64,000 nt of DNA, from positions 608,001 to 672,000 of the forward strand of contig CP000069.1 of the NCBI GenBank assembly GCA_000002445.1, in the 5' to 3' direction. The DNA comes from Trypanosoma brucei. Its lineage: Eukaryota. The notes under the pieces were generated by a model, which was given only the letters and a program-made list of their open reading frames with translations, made no database searches and was not told where the DNA came from. The translations under genes and the position numbers were made by a program. Every line of letters starts with the position of its first letter. Positions within the stretch are counted from its first letter, which is position 1. Of this stretch, positions 18,225-29,055 are shown piece by piece.

Positions 18225-20042
18225 TTATCGACGACGATGGTGCGCACGCGACTGGGACTGCATAACCCCTTCGTACTTCAGCTTCGGCCACATCTTTTCA
18301 ATTTCCTTATCATCTAGACTGTCAGCAGAGTCCCTGTGACCACCACCACCACCACCAGCCTGCACGGAGTCCTTCGAACATATAGCGCGCTCCAACTCCA
18401 ACTCTGTTTGCAAGCGCTTCAGTACCATCTTCCCATCACTATTCCTCTCCTCCAGAATCAGCCACTCAGATAGGGAATTCACAACGTGGGGCAACCCCAT
18501 GCGCTTTACATGCTCACGGTGAAAATCTGACAACTTGGGTAGAAGCTCATCTTCAGTGATACCTTCCTGAGGAATATACTGGTACAGTTCGAAGGCAATG
18601 TCCAGCGGTTGGCGATCGGAAGCACGTCGAATCCGAACTTTTTGGGGATCCTTTTCGGTGGGATCGTCCACCACAAAGTAGGACGGATACGAAGCAAGCC
18701 AGGCAACTACCTTTTTCGGTAGGGAATATCGCATATCAGGCCTAACAAGTTCGAGAACCTCCACAAGATTGAGTGTGCGGTTTGAAGGAAATTTATCAAA
18801 GAGCTCATTTATCACCTGTATGTGCGTGTACTCATATTGAACCTTCATCGCGGTTTGCGGGGCCGCTCTTGCGGAGGTGTCACTACCATTCCCTCTAGCG
18901 GCACCATCAGAACTGCCTTCGGTGATGACTTCTTTCTTGTCATCACCATTCCCCTCCGACGACAGTGATGTCGGATCCTTCTTATGATGAGGAATCCACT
19001 TCGCCACCTGTAACATATCTTGTGAAAGTGACAGTGACTTCCCATGAGCCCGCAGGAAACCTGCAAAGCTCTTAAACTCACGCTTAATCAGCTTTTTTTG
19101 GTCTCGTGTGAGCTGCTCATATAGGGAGGTGATATTCACCCACTGTGGAATGTCACTACAGCACACCTGCTCCTGCACCATCTTGGCAACATCCGGTATG
19201 GGTGAGTTATCGAGCGTGTAATCGTTAAGAGCCAGAGGCGCCAAATGTGGAGGGCGACGGCGGATCATTCCCTCAATGACCTGAAAATGCTCTGGGAACT
19301 TCGATGCGATCGCAACTAACCCACCTTGACAATCGAAATAAGGATGAAACAGCACATCCTCAGGAACGCTCTCCTCAACTTGGTCAATAAGCGTAAATTC
19401 ACTTGGCACAAGGGCCTTTAATCGTTCCAACACCGGCACTCGTTCCTCCAAGCGCACGTGCACGGCTGGGGGGGCCGCTGCTGGTTTCAACGCAACGCTC
19501 CCATTAGATTGCTCAATAGAGTCGAGAGACACAATGTACTCAGGTAGAGCAACATAGTTGATCACGTCCCCTACGTCTGTCATCACGAACTTCTCATCCG
19601 CTGCCCCACGACGTGGATGGTTTAAATCATCACGCAACTTCACATCTGCACGTACGCCATCGATAACGCGAACATCGAAAAAGAAACGGTACCGCTTAAT
19701 AAAAGACAAGAAACGGCCACGGCCGATAAAATATTTCCTACTGTCTTCCGAGAGTATGGCCGCCACACAATGTACGGGAACGTAAAACGTCGGAATGTAT
19801 TCAATGAACGTCAAGAGAACTTCTTGGGGTGATTTCCACGGCAACGCGGCGTGTGTCGACGCAACGGCTCCGGGCAACGGTGGAGGCGGGGGGAGTTTCG
19901 TTGCGGAACCCAATCGAGTCGGAGTTCCGCGGACATTCGGTAGAGGTGGGGGGACCCGGCTGGCCGCACCGCGCCGCTGCAATTCTCTCGATGCACATGT
20001 AAGAAAACTGCAGCTCCATAAGCACCGCCGCATGGGTGACAA
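18225..20042 (-). CDS. Hypothetical protein (605 aa), kinetoplastid-type; an N-terminal presequence-like region, internally repeated roughly 70-aa modules, and a Gly6 tract near the C-terminus
   Basis: Long uninterrupted ORF on the PTU strand. 'MSPMRRCLWSCSFLTCASRELQRRGAASR' is basic and hydroxylated (mitochondrial-presequence-like). I recognised no catalytic motif. 'AGGGGGGHRD' low-complexity insert. Confidence 0.55.
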   Translation of the reverse strand: MSPMRRCLWSCSFLTCASRELQRRGAASRVPPPLPNVRGTPTRLGSATKLPPPPPLPGAVASTHAALPWKSPQEVLLTFIEYIPTFYVPVHCVAAILSEDSRKYFIGRGRFLSFIKRYRFFFDVRVIDGVRADVKLRDDLNHPRRGAADEKFVMTDVGDVINYVALPEYIVSLDSIEQSNGSVALKPAAAPPAVHVRLEERVPVLERLKALVPSEFTLIDQVEESVPEDVLFHPYFDCQGGLVAIASKFPEHFQVIEGMIRRRPPHLAPLALNDYTLDNSPIPDVAKMVQEQVCCSDIPQWVNITSLYEQLTRDQKKLIKREFKSFAGFLRAHGKSLSLSQDMLQVAKWIPHHKKDPTSLSSEGNGDDKKEVITEGSSDGAARGNGSDTSARAAPQTAMKVQYEYTHIQVINELFDKFPSNRTLNLVEVLELVRPDMRYSLPKKVVAWLASYPSYFVVDDPTEKDPQKVRIRRASDRQPLDIAFELYQYIPQEGITEDELLPKLSDFHREHVKRMGLPHVVNSLSEWLILEERNSDGKMVLKRLQTELELERAICSKDSVQAGGGGGGHRDSADSLDDKEIEKMWPKLKYEGVMQSQSRAHHRRR

Positions 20043-20082
20043 CTGTCACTGCGCTCTTAAACTATTATATTACTCCCAGGGG

Positions 20083-20107
20083 TGTGTGTGTGTGTGTGTG
20101 TGTGTGT
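20083..20107. repeat. (GT)12 microsatellite
   Basis: 'gtgtgtgtgtgtgtgtgtgtgtgtg' immediately upstream (5') of the 605-aa gene. Confidence 0.9.
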
Positions 20108-20715
20108 GGAAATGAAGATGACTGCAGCGCGTCCTCCACCACCCAACAACCCCTATATTCCTTCTTAATTCTTTTCTGCAGACGCCAGCCACTGCCGCCG
20201 CAGAGTGGGTTCACTAACTCTTCCTTTCTTTTTGCGATAATGAATCCCGCGTAGTAGGTGAAAGGGAGGAGGAGGAGGGGGCAAAAGACACGTAGAGAAA
20301 ACATACAGGAGTGCCAATAAACAAACAAGGGAAAAGTTGAGCAATACACAATGAAATGAGGTGTTGGGATAGCGGAAAAAAAATTACTGTTTAAATTAAT
20401 TCGCAGACACGTATATGATTCCTTAACTTTCAACCTTTCATAGCCGCCCTTGCGACTGCTACTGCTTACTCACACGTTTCTGGAACTCCTTCACAGAACG
20501 TGTCCTCGCATGTTTCGCGCCCACATCAAATAATTAATTATTCGGTCGGATGTGAGCAAACCCCTAACGCTTAGACTGCCGGTCAATCACAAGTGATCAC
20601 GCAGCTGTTCAGAGAAAGACTAAAGGGAAAACGAACCACCAATCCGCGGGTGGCCAAAGTTAGTCGTCCAAGCTGTGCGACAGCACGAGGAGATCTTTAA
20701 CTACGTGTTTGCTCC

Positions 20716-22143
20716 TCAACTGTTCCCTCCTTTCGCCATAACTGGGGATGCATGCAGCTCTCGGCGAACCTCAGGTGTTATGAGGTAGTGGAAATGCTTT
20801 GAGCACACCTGCAGTAGCAGAGCGACCTGCTCAGCGGTAAAGTCTCCCTTATATCGTTGTGAGAATGAGAGCAGAGTTTGGTGCCAAAGTACTGGCAATT
20901 TCTCCTCCTTACTGTGGGATTGTATGAAGCGGTGGAAGTATGCTACAAGGGCGTCAATAGCTTGGTATGGCATCGCCATCTTCTTGTCGATCAGTACACG
21001 CAGCAGAACCGAGCGAGGACCCGAGAATGGCTGTTGCGCCAACTTGACAATAGTCACGGCTGTGGGAACTGGCGGCAAATGCATACGCTGCAGCACACTG
21101 GCAACGACCAGGGCCTCCTTCAGCGTACACTCATCGTCAGCTGCAAGTGGGAGAATAAATCCCTTATAAAATGCCACTGGTTTAAACAGCGCCTTCCTTA
21201 TTGCCATGTACAGCGCCGGGTGAAGCTTCTTCTCCGCAGACATGTGCTCGTGCACAACGGGTAGGAGCACAGCTGCGTAAAACCGCTGTGCCATGCGCTC
21301 GTTAAGGTTCGCAGCGAATATGCGTGTGGCCTGGTACGTGGCGTGAGGCGACCATTCGTGTGGTTTCGTTAACATGAGCAACTGCTCCCAATTCTTTATG
21401 TTCGGCAACACCTTGAACGCCTTCGGCACCTTCCCCGAGGTGTAATTCTTCAGGATAGTACCAATAGCAGTGTACACACGCGCAACACGTGGGTCGACAC
21501 GACTCTCTCCTGTTTCACCCATTCCCTCACACCCGTCACCTGAAGGGGAAGAGGCGGCTACCTTTCGGGCGTCTTCGCGTTCCTTTATCTTCTCCATAAT
21601 CATGTCAGCAAGGTTACGACTTTGCACATGGGATTGAGGTTGAAACTTCTGTAGCAACCGTGCCTCCTCATCGTCAATGTCGTACATGTCAACACCCATG
21701 TCAATCTCTGACGGAATTTCTGACACAACCGACTCCGCCTCATCGTATTCAATAACAATTGGTTCTTCGCTCTCATCTTCGTTTTCATAGAACCTAGCGC
21801 CGGCGTCCTCCCCATCTTCCTCGTTTTGTAGATTAACTATGGTAGGGTCGTTGTTGCAGTCGTCTCCATCGCTACTTTCTTCACCGTGAAGCCCACCACC
21901 GTCTTCCTGTTCCTCCGCAGCAATTGCCTCGATTTGCTGGCGTGCGGTTTTGAGAATTTTACTGGCCACTCGCCCTGGCAGAACAATTCCACCCTCCAAG
22001 TCAACATCTACATCATCTGAAGCTCCCGACGCTTTGCTTTCCACCGCTCCTCGCTTGGCGCTGGCAAACCGGTCGGCGTGCAGGTCTTCGCCTAGGGGAT
22101 TTGTGCGGGTGCCGATGCGTCGTTTCTTTTCGCGTCCCGGCAT
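20716..22143 (-). CDS. ENP1: Bystin / ENP1, a 40S ribosomal-subunit biogenesis factor
   Basis: The C-terminal 300 aa align collinearly with human bystin: '[53 protein letters not shown]' matches bystin '[53 protein letters not shown]', and '[19 protein letters not shown]' matches 'LPVLWHQCLLTLVQRYKAD'. Acidic central region. Confidence 0.85.
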   Translation of the reverse strand: [475 protein letters not shown]

Positions 22144-22980
22144 AAATGGTGATTAGAAATTCCCTAATTTCCCAATACGCGCGTTCCCCATTCCCCGCAG
22201 GAGGTGAGTTTGTTGAAAAGAATAGAGGTGAAAGGCAGAACAAGGTGGTAGCGTTAAATATGGAGCGGTGAGTCAAAAAAAAAATCATCAGTAAGGCAAG
22301 CAGGAGCGAAGGTAAGGACTTAAGGAGATACCAAAGACAGAATTTCCCCAGCAAACAAGTCATGAAGTGAGGCTAGAGAATAGTAAGCGCGAACAAGAGT
22401 GTCATTACCTTCTGCCACACTCAACTTCCAGTGCCATTTACTCCACCTGACTGCGGTTTAGCATAGGTTGCACTTCTGCCTTCCGCCGCCCCTGGTGACG
22501 ATACCAATTTATTCGTCTTCGTCAAGGTAAGGCCGCACCTTGTTACTAGGTAAACAACGAACACGAGCACACGTGGGAAATTAAAACGTCGTCGCGTGAA
22601 CATCTGTGGGGGGTGGGGAATGGAAGGAACCTTCAGAGCGAGAAGAAAGAGGGTAAATTAAAAATGAAAACACCAAAATAAACGAGTGGTGATGGGAAGA
22701 CCACTTGTTAGGGGAGAAACCTACATGATCCTCCCATTAACGTTAGCAGGGGGAGAAATTTGGCCTCCGTAAACTCATCACAAAACAACGGCATTCCACC
22801 TCACTCCCAGCGCGCCCCGCTAACACTGCCGTTGTATGAGTGCGTGCACGAACATTCACACAGTGTTATCATACGTATATTACATGTATATACGCTTATT
22901 TGTGCGAGTCAGCGCATTTGTCAATGCTTTCGGCTACATTTTGGCATTTGGGCCTGGACTTAAAGCAGAGCATCAACCCT

Positions 22981-24501
22981 TTAGGGCGTCTTTTCCAAAC
23001 GCGGGGGAATCCTGGCGGATTCCTTCGCCTTTCCATTGCGATAACAAAGTAACCCCTCTGAGCGACGTAGAAGATCTGTCTGCACCCGGCGCAGCCGCTG
23101 CTCCTTTGCAGCCATCTCCGCGTCGCGTTCCTCAAGTATTTTCATCCATGATGAAACCTTACGGGTTAGACTCTCAACCTCACCAATGCGCCCCTGCAGC
23201 ATACTATCGCGCTCCTTATGAGCTTCCAGTTCACTCCTGTACTTCCCCTCACGCTTCAGCAAAGCCGACTCCTGTTCCTCCAAGCGGCTCTCTAGTGCGG
23301 TCAACACCTTCCGCCTTTCACCAACTTCACGTTGCCGACTTTCTAATTCACTGAGGCGTTGCTGAAGAAGACGTTCCTTCCCAGAAACACTTGCCTTTCT
23401 TTCGTACACGCGTTGAAATAGCCCTTTGGTGTTCTCACATTCCAAGAGCAAATGCTGGATTTGATCAACAATGACAGTTGCGTCATTGTCACGGAGGTCA
23501 GAAATCGATGGCTCACCGGACTTCTTATTCCGCAGAGCCCGTTCCTTCTCAATTAGCTGGTCACGGGCCTCTGCCAGTTGTCGTCCCTTCTGTTCCTGTG
23601 GGAGCGACCGCGGAAAGTGGTCAAAGTCTATTGTGCTGAGCAACTTTCGAAGGGACTGCTCAAAGAATAACATCTTGTACAGTGTTGACTCCAATGTGGT
23701 AAAGACCGCCGCCCCCGGGGGTGGCGTCGGTAGCGGCGCCTGTGCTGAGACGGCTTCCAGAAGTTCTTGACTGTCCCCACGGATGACCACTGACCCCTTC
23801 TGCGATCGCGAGTAGGACCTGATTTCTTCATCTTGCGAGTCCTCACCTTCGTATGACTTTACGTAATAAGTGGTCCAGCTTCCCGAATGTGAAGCAGCGA
23901 GCTCAGCGGCGTTTTCTCCGCGTGACAAGGTATGCGCTAAGGTGGGAGACTGCCTCCCATCGTTTTGGAGTGTATCTCCCGCCGATCCCTCCATTCCCTC
24001 TGAGAAGGCCTGCTCGCTCGCACAAGCCTCCTCATAATAATCCTCAGACTCGCTGAAGCTCAACGTGGAATCATGGTCCTCTCCGGTAATTTCTGAGGTC
24101 ATCGTCACACTCCGCGATGCGAGATCCCGTTGATGACCATCTTTTGGTGGGGAGGGTGGAGGAGGAGGTGCCGCTCGCCGATCGCCACGCCGCGAATCAC
24201 CGCCCACCACACGAGACGATTCAAAATCAGCCGCATTCCCCCGCTCCACATGGTACGGATGATCAGTCTTGCTTTTCCTAATGGTATGTAACGAACTATT
24301 CACGCCATTATGGCCGACCCTGATTCTTGAAGAGGACGGCGGCGACGCGGATTCCCCACCGTTAAAGGAAGTGCCTTCTTCATTGTTAGCAGTCCCAGCG
24401 ACGACACCCATGGCCTCCACTATTGTGGCGTTGTACATCTCGAGACGCTCACGCAACAGTTGAATGCGTTGCGCTGAGGATAAAACCTCCTCCTTCGTCA
24501 T
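22981..24501 (-). CDS. Hypothetical coiled-coil protein (506 aa)
   Basis: The N-terminal and C-terminal thirds are heptad-like and rich in E/R/K/L/Q (for example 'RLSELESRQREVGERRKVLTALESRLEEQESALLKREGKYRSELEAHKERD'). Central Pro/Ser-rich linker. No enzymatic motif. Confidence 0.55.
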   Translation of the reverse strand: MTKEEVLSSAQRIQLLRERLEMYNATIVEAMGVVAGTANNEEGTSFNGGESASPPSSSRIRVGHNGVNSSLHTIRKSKTDHPYHVERGNAADFESSRVVGGDSRRGDRRAAPPPPPSPPKDGHQRDLASRSVTMTSEITGEDHDSTLSFSESEDYYEEACASEQAFSEGMEGSAGDTLQNDGRQSPTLAHTLSRGENAAELAASHSGSWTTYYVKSYEGEDSQDEEIRSYSRSQKGSVVIRGDSQELLEAVSAQAPLPTPPPGAAVFTTLESTLYKMLFFEQSLRKLLSTIDFDHFPRSLPQEQKGRQLAEARDQLIEKERALRNKKSGEPSISDLRDNDATVIVDQIQHLLLECENTKGLFQRVYERKASVSGKERLLQQRLSELESRQREVGERRKVLTALESRLEEQESALLKREGKYRSELEAHKERDSMLQGRIGEVESLTRKVSSWMKILEERDAEMAAKEQRLRRVQTDLLRRSEGLLCYRNGKAKESARIPPRLEKTP

Positions 24502-25192
24502 TTCCTATATTCACCAGTTAGGGTCCCGCCACTTTCCTCTCTCTGTTTCCCTCTTTTTCTTTCTATATGCACGTACGGAAGGGTTTTCTGTGCACTTCCT
24601 CTTTCTATAGATGTATGTATGTATATATCTGTATATTCGCACCAACCAACAAAGTGCTTGATGTTGATATTCCTTTTTATCTATGTTTGTTCGCAAGATT
24701 AGCCTGATGCACCTGCTAAACCTTCTTTCCCCCTTTTTTCTTCCCTTGTGAATATGTGGAGGAGAAAGCCTCAGAGTAAGGAAGAAACTGGGAAAATGTT
24801 CCCCCGTGTATTGCGCTATCAACTTCCTACTTTTTATACTTCTCGTTATTTTTCGTTTCTCGATTCTGGTGTCAGAGACGAAGAAGTTGATCTCTCTGGT
24901 GCTGCGTACTTCTTTACTCTTTCTACCCACGAAACGGTAACAGGATTAGGTACTGCAAAAATAGGAAAATAGGACGGGAGGAAAGCAAGCAAGGAAAAAA
25001 AAATAAGATTTACGTGGAACGTTTTTCTTCATCGTAGGGAATTATTGGCAGGGTGTACAAACAAAAAAAGAAAAAGAAAAACCAACTGAGATACATCTTC
25101 CACAAGTCTTCTCCTTCCTCTCTGTATCAAAACAAAGCAGCCAACATCGTTCAATCACCGGCCTCGAAGTGACCATATGCATTCTGTCCATT

Positions 25193-25194
<2 letters not shown>

Positions 25195-25238
<44 letters not shown>
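25195..25238. repeat. (CA)22 microsatellite
   Basis: Perfect 'ca' dinucleotide run in the 2.7-kb spacer between the coiled-coil gene and the 390-aa gene. Confidence 0.95.
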
Positions 25239-25243
<5 letters not shown>

Positions 25244-27175
25244 TGAAGAAAGGAAAAAAGTAATATAGTCGAATGAGTGTGTGTGTACAGTTGAATACAA
25301 TAAAAGGGATTATAAGGGAGGAAAGGCACAAAGAGGGGGAGAGGAGAACCACCAGTGCAGCAAAATGACGGCAATAACACAAACGTACGCAGTCTCATGG
25401 CAATTTATCGGAAGACAACACACGAAAAAAAAACTAACTAAAAAAAAAAGCAAACGAAGTACATGCAAATCTGGCGCACTACCGGCCGCTCAGCTGTTCA
25501 TATATAACGAAATGAAAGAAAGGACCCAAAGAAAGAGTCAGGGTAGAGAACCCTACCTGGAACGATGCATTACACAACATAGGGAGGAAACAACAATTAA
25601 CAATAGCATTAGTGACCACAGTAACAATAAGGATATATATATATATATATGTATATGTAATGCTTCTTCCTTATTACTGAGTTCACTCACTCACTCACAT
25701 CGGTGCCGCGGTATCCCAACTCAAATAAGCCTCTCACGTTATGGCGTATGGATATAAAGGTAATGAACAAATGAAGTGAAATAAGAGGGTACTGGAGGGG
25801 GGACTACAACAGTTATATATATCGTGTACGTCAGCGAATCTAATAAGAGAAATGAAGAAAAAGAAGTTTCAACAAAAAATGAAGGAAAAAAGGTGAAGAC
25901 GACGATTGCGGGGGAGGGGAAACCCCAGTGCCTCGCAGTCTTCATACCTTCATTTCCATGAAATTTTCAGCAGAAACCTCACCCAATTCTTCATTTCTTT
26001 CAATCTCCACTTTTCTCCTTTTCCAACCTGCAGGCTGCAACACAGAAAACATTACATACAACATTGGAACTTGTGAGCATCCTCTAAAACACACAAAAGC
26101 TTTGGGACCCCCAAAACCGAAACAACAGAAAAAAAAACATTCTTTAGATGGTAGAGGAGGTGCCAGCCTATGTGAGCGTCTATTTTCCGTGTTCCCTCCT
26201 TTCCACTTTACAGTTCATATAGTTTGCTTTGTTTTGGCTCTGTTAATTACCCTTTGCTTCTTCCTTCGTATCAGCGTCATTTTCGTGAGCGAAAGAAAAG
26301 CACCATGTCACTGGAGAAAGTGAAAGCAAGGAAAAGGAATGGCTATGCGTCAATACCGAATGAGTTATTTGTGAAGTAAATAAAGAAACCATCGACATGA
26401 AAAACAAAAAAAAACACACAAAGAAAGAGCGAGAGATGACAATCCAAAGAATTCGCTGAAAGACAACGAATAAGGTTACTCACCATGTTGTTTCTATTCC
26501 CAATACCGCAACACACCACGCCCGTAACACGCGGATGGTTCCCCTTACGAATCTGTTGCACATGTATTGTGGGATGAGGGGCAACCTCGCATGCACACGC
26601 AAGGGGAAATCGGTATTTGGGGGGGGAGGGGGATAATAAGCAAACATGTCAACAGAAATACAAAAAGTGGATATCATGCACGATCATCAGAGGTGTGGAA
26701 CGGTCATTTGTTACTTGCATTTGTTCTACAAAACTCGTCAGGCTGCAAGACGACTCCGTGACAAAGTTGTGTTTACGCTCATGTTCCTCACCGTCGTCCC
26801 TCTTTCCTTCATCCTCTTTAATTTTTTCCTTTTTTTAAAAAAAAGAGGGATCTCTTCACCTCTTATATTATCGGTGGCACCTCTAACCTGAGGGATCACT
26901 TGTTTACCGAATATTGTTCAACATTTCCTTTCCTTCTCTTCCTCTCTGTGAAGCGAGAGCCCTCCAGTCCGCAAGAGTCCCTCTAGTCGGACTCACTTGT
27001 CTTTCATTGCAACTTCTCCCACTGATGTGATAGTTTTTATTTCCACCCCCAACCCCCTCTCCCCGTTTCCCTCTCCGGTCAGCTCTCCTCTCCGTTTCCC
27101 AATTTCATTTCGTCCCTCTCTAATTGTGTGCAACTAAACTATAAAAATAACCGAAACAATGGAAACATAAAACCC

Positions 27176-28348
27176 TCAGTCCGCCCGACTTGTTTTTTCC
27201 TCAGCAATACGTCGACCCACTTCAAACAACTCTTTCTTGGTTGTTATCTTCTTTACGGATATGTGATGTTGCTTCACATAGAGCAGAAGTTCCTCCTTTG
27301 AAAGTTCACGATAAGCTTCACTGCTGGACCTCCCGCGGATGACAGCACCCACATCTCGAGTTTGGGGAAGTTCAGGGGAATTCGTCATATCCACTGATCG
27401 GCTGCAGCTGCTTCCCCGCGATGGCGCCCGTGGGGCCGGAGAGAACTGCAGCGTTACTTGTGATGGCAGTTCCGATGAAAAAGCTGGTCCTCCAGCTAAC
27501 TGAGTTGACATATAGGCCTCCGCCAACCCCCCCTCTTCCCCAGCATTACCTTCGGGATTGCTTTCTTCCTCCTCGTAAATATGTGGCACACGTGGTGGTG
27601 GTGTTAATGTTTCCAAGTTAGCCCCATCCTTGAAGGTAACAGACTTTCGTAATCGACTTGGAGTGGATTCATTCATGGAGGCCCTACCCACTGAAGGCCG
27701 CTGCAACGGGCATGGGGAAGAATGTGGAGTCGACGCGGCGGAAGCTCCACCATCAGCGTCCTCAGAGAGCATACGTTCCTTCATATCTGGTGATGTCCTT
27801 GCTTTTGCCACTACGTTGGAAACTCTTCCGAGTAATTTCTCGAGCCACTTCCCGCTTTCCCTGGTCTCATTCGCCACGGATTCGTCTCTTTGGGTTTGCT
27901 CGGGCGTCGGAGGAGGTGCTTTCAGCACTGTGCCACTGAGGCGTGCGGAACCACGCGAAGTGACACCACCTTCCATTTTATCTGGACTGGACGGCTTTTT
28001 CGGTGACATGCTCGAACGTCTTGAAGAGCTACCCATGCCGTCCTGCAAGGTCTGGCTGTTGCGCTCGCTCTCTTTTATCGTCTTATCGAGGAGCGTTGAG
28101 GCCCGTTCTAGTGCAGCATCGCACCGCTTGGTGAGCTGCTGTGAAAGGTGGACCTCCATTTCGTCGTTACATTCCGTGGGACTCTCCCCTCGCAACCTTT
28201 TCCCACACTCTCTGAAAATTGAGCCAAATGCAAAATTCGCTTTACCGCCGTGAGCGGACTTCACTGACTCAGCCTGTGACAGCTCACTCGTGTCACTGTG
28301 GTTGCGGGCACGGCGCTGACTCGACGCGGTAGGCCTCCGGTAGGACAT
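27176..28348 (-). CDS. Hypothetical Ser/Pro-rich protein (390 aa) with a short C-terminal helix-extension-helix (SAP/HeH-like) segment
   Basis: Long ORF on the PTU strand. Low-complexity Ser/Pro/Glu-rich body. C-terminal 'YRELSKEELLLYVKQHHISVKKITTKKELFEVGRRI' resembles SAP/LEM-type DNA-binding helices; this is weak. Confidence 0.5.
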   Translation of the reverse strand: MSYRRPTASSQRRARNHSDTSELSQAESVKSAHGGKANFAFGSIFRECGKRLRGESPTECNDEMEVHLSQQLTKRCDAALERASTLLDKTIKESERNSQTLQDGMGSSSRRSSMSPKKPSSPDKMEGGVTSRGSARLSGTVLKAPPPTPEQTQRDESVANETRESGKWLEKLLGRVSNVVAKARTSPDMKERMLSEDADGGASAASTPHSSPCPLQRPSVGRASMNESTPSRLRKSVTFKDGANLETLTPPPRVPHIYEEEESNPEGNAGEEGGLAEAYMSTQLAGGPAFSSELPSQVTLQFSPAPRAPSRGSSCSRSVDMTNSPELPQTRDVGAVIRGRSSSEAYRELSKEELLLYVKQHHISVKKITTKKELFEVGRRIAEEKTSRAD

Positions 28349-28960
28349 GGCAATTTTATTTTATTTTTTTCTTGGTTCCTTCAATCTCTACAGTGTGCTA
28401 TTTGAAAAAGTAATAAAACGAGGATGAACGAATGGTAGAAGAAAAAGAATGATAATTAAAAAAAAAAATACGGCCCGCTGAAACGGCACAGAAAGCGTCT
28501 GCGAAGGAAAGACATGTGCTACAAAGGCGATACAGCATGCTAGTAATAACAACGCCTTTGCATTGCTTATTCAGTTATTCACGACACCCGTAATGTTCCC
28601 CCTCCTTTACCATTAATCAGCGTGGTTTCTGGGCGGCAATACTTCTTCGCCCTTCTACAATGAAGAAGTAAAATATTACTTGAACCCTCATGTATCTCTG
28701 CCCTCTCAGGTTGTACCACCATTTTCTTCTTTGTGATACATATCTTCCCACTTTGTCCTCCTCCACAAATACATTCCCGTGACATCGACCACCATATACC
28801 CCTGCCTCCTCAACCCAACATATCAAAAAATATATATATGTACCCCCATGCACACGCACAAAACACTACATAAAAGTTAACATAGAGAGGAAGAAACCGT
28901 AAAAATATGTCAAACAAATCACAGCGAAATTCCCCTACATACAGTCGTAACACACCAACC

Positions 28961-29035
28961 GTTGCATCATCGTGGATATCCGTGCACCACTTTAACACCG
29001 CTTCGAATGCACACGGATATCCACGATGATGCAAC
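28961..29035. other. Near-perfect inverted repeat: a 26-bp stem with one 2-nt bulge and a 21-nt loop
   Basis: Left arm 28961-28986 'gttgcatcatcgtggatatccgtgca'; right arm 29008-29035 'tgcacACggatatccacgatgatgcaac', which is the reverse complement apart from the AC insertion. It lies 20-95 nt downstream of the stop of the 29056-30114 gene, at the start of its 3'UTR on the transcribed strand. Confidence 0.85.
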
Positions 29036-29055
29036 CTCGCCATTCCATGCATAAG

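Noticed and set aside
27630-28253. 207-aa plus-strand ORF (and similar antisense ORFs at 16604-17119, 14338-14682, 35161-35652 and others) overlapping larger minus-strand genes
   Set aside because: They lie entirely antisense within well-supported conserved genes. They have no conserved motifs and sit on the non-transcribed strand of the polycistron.
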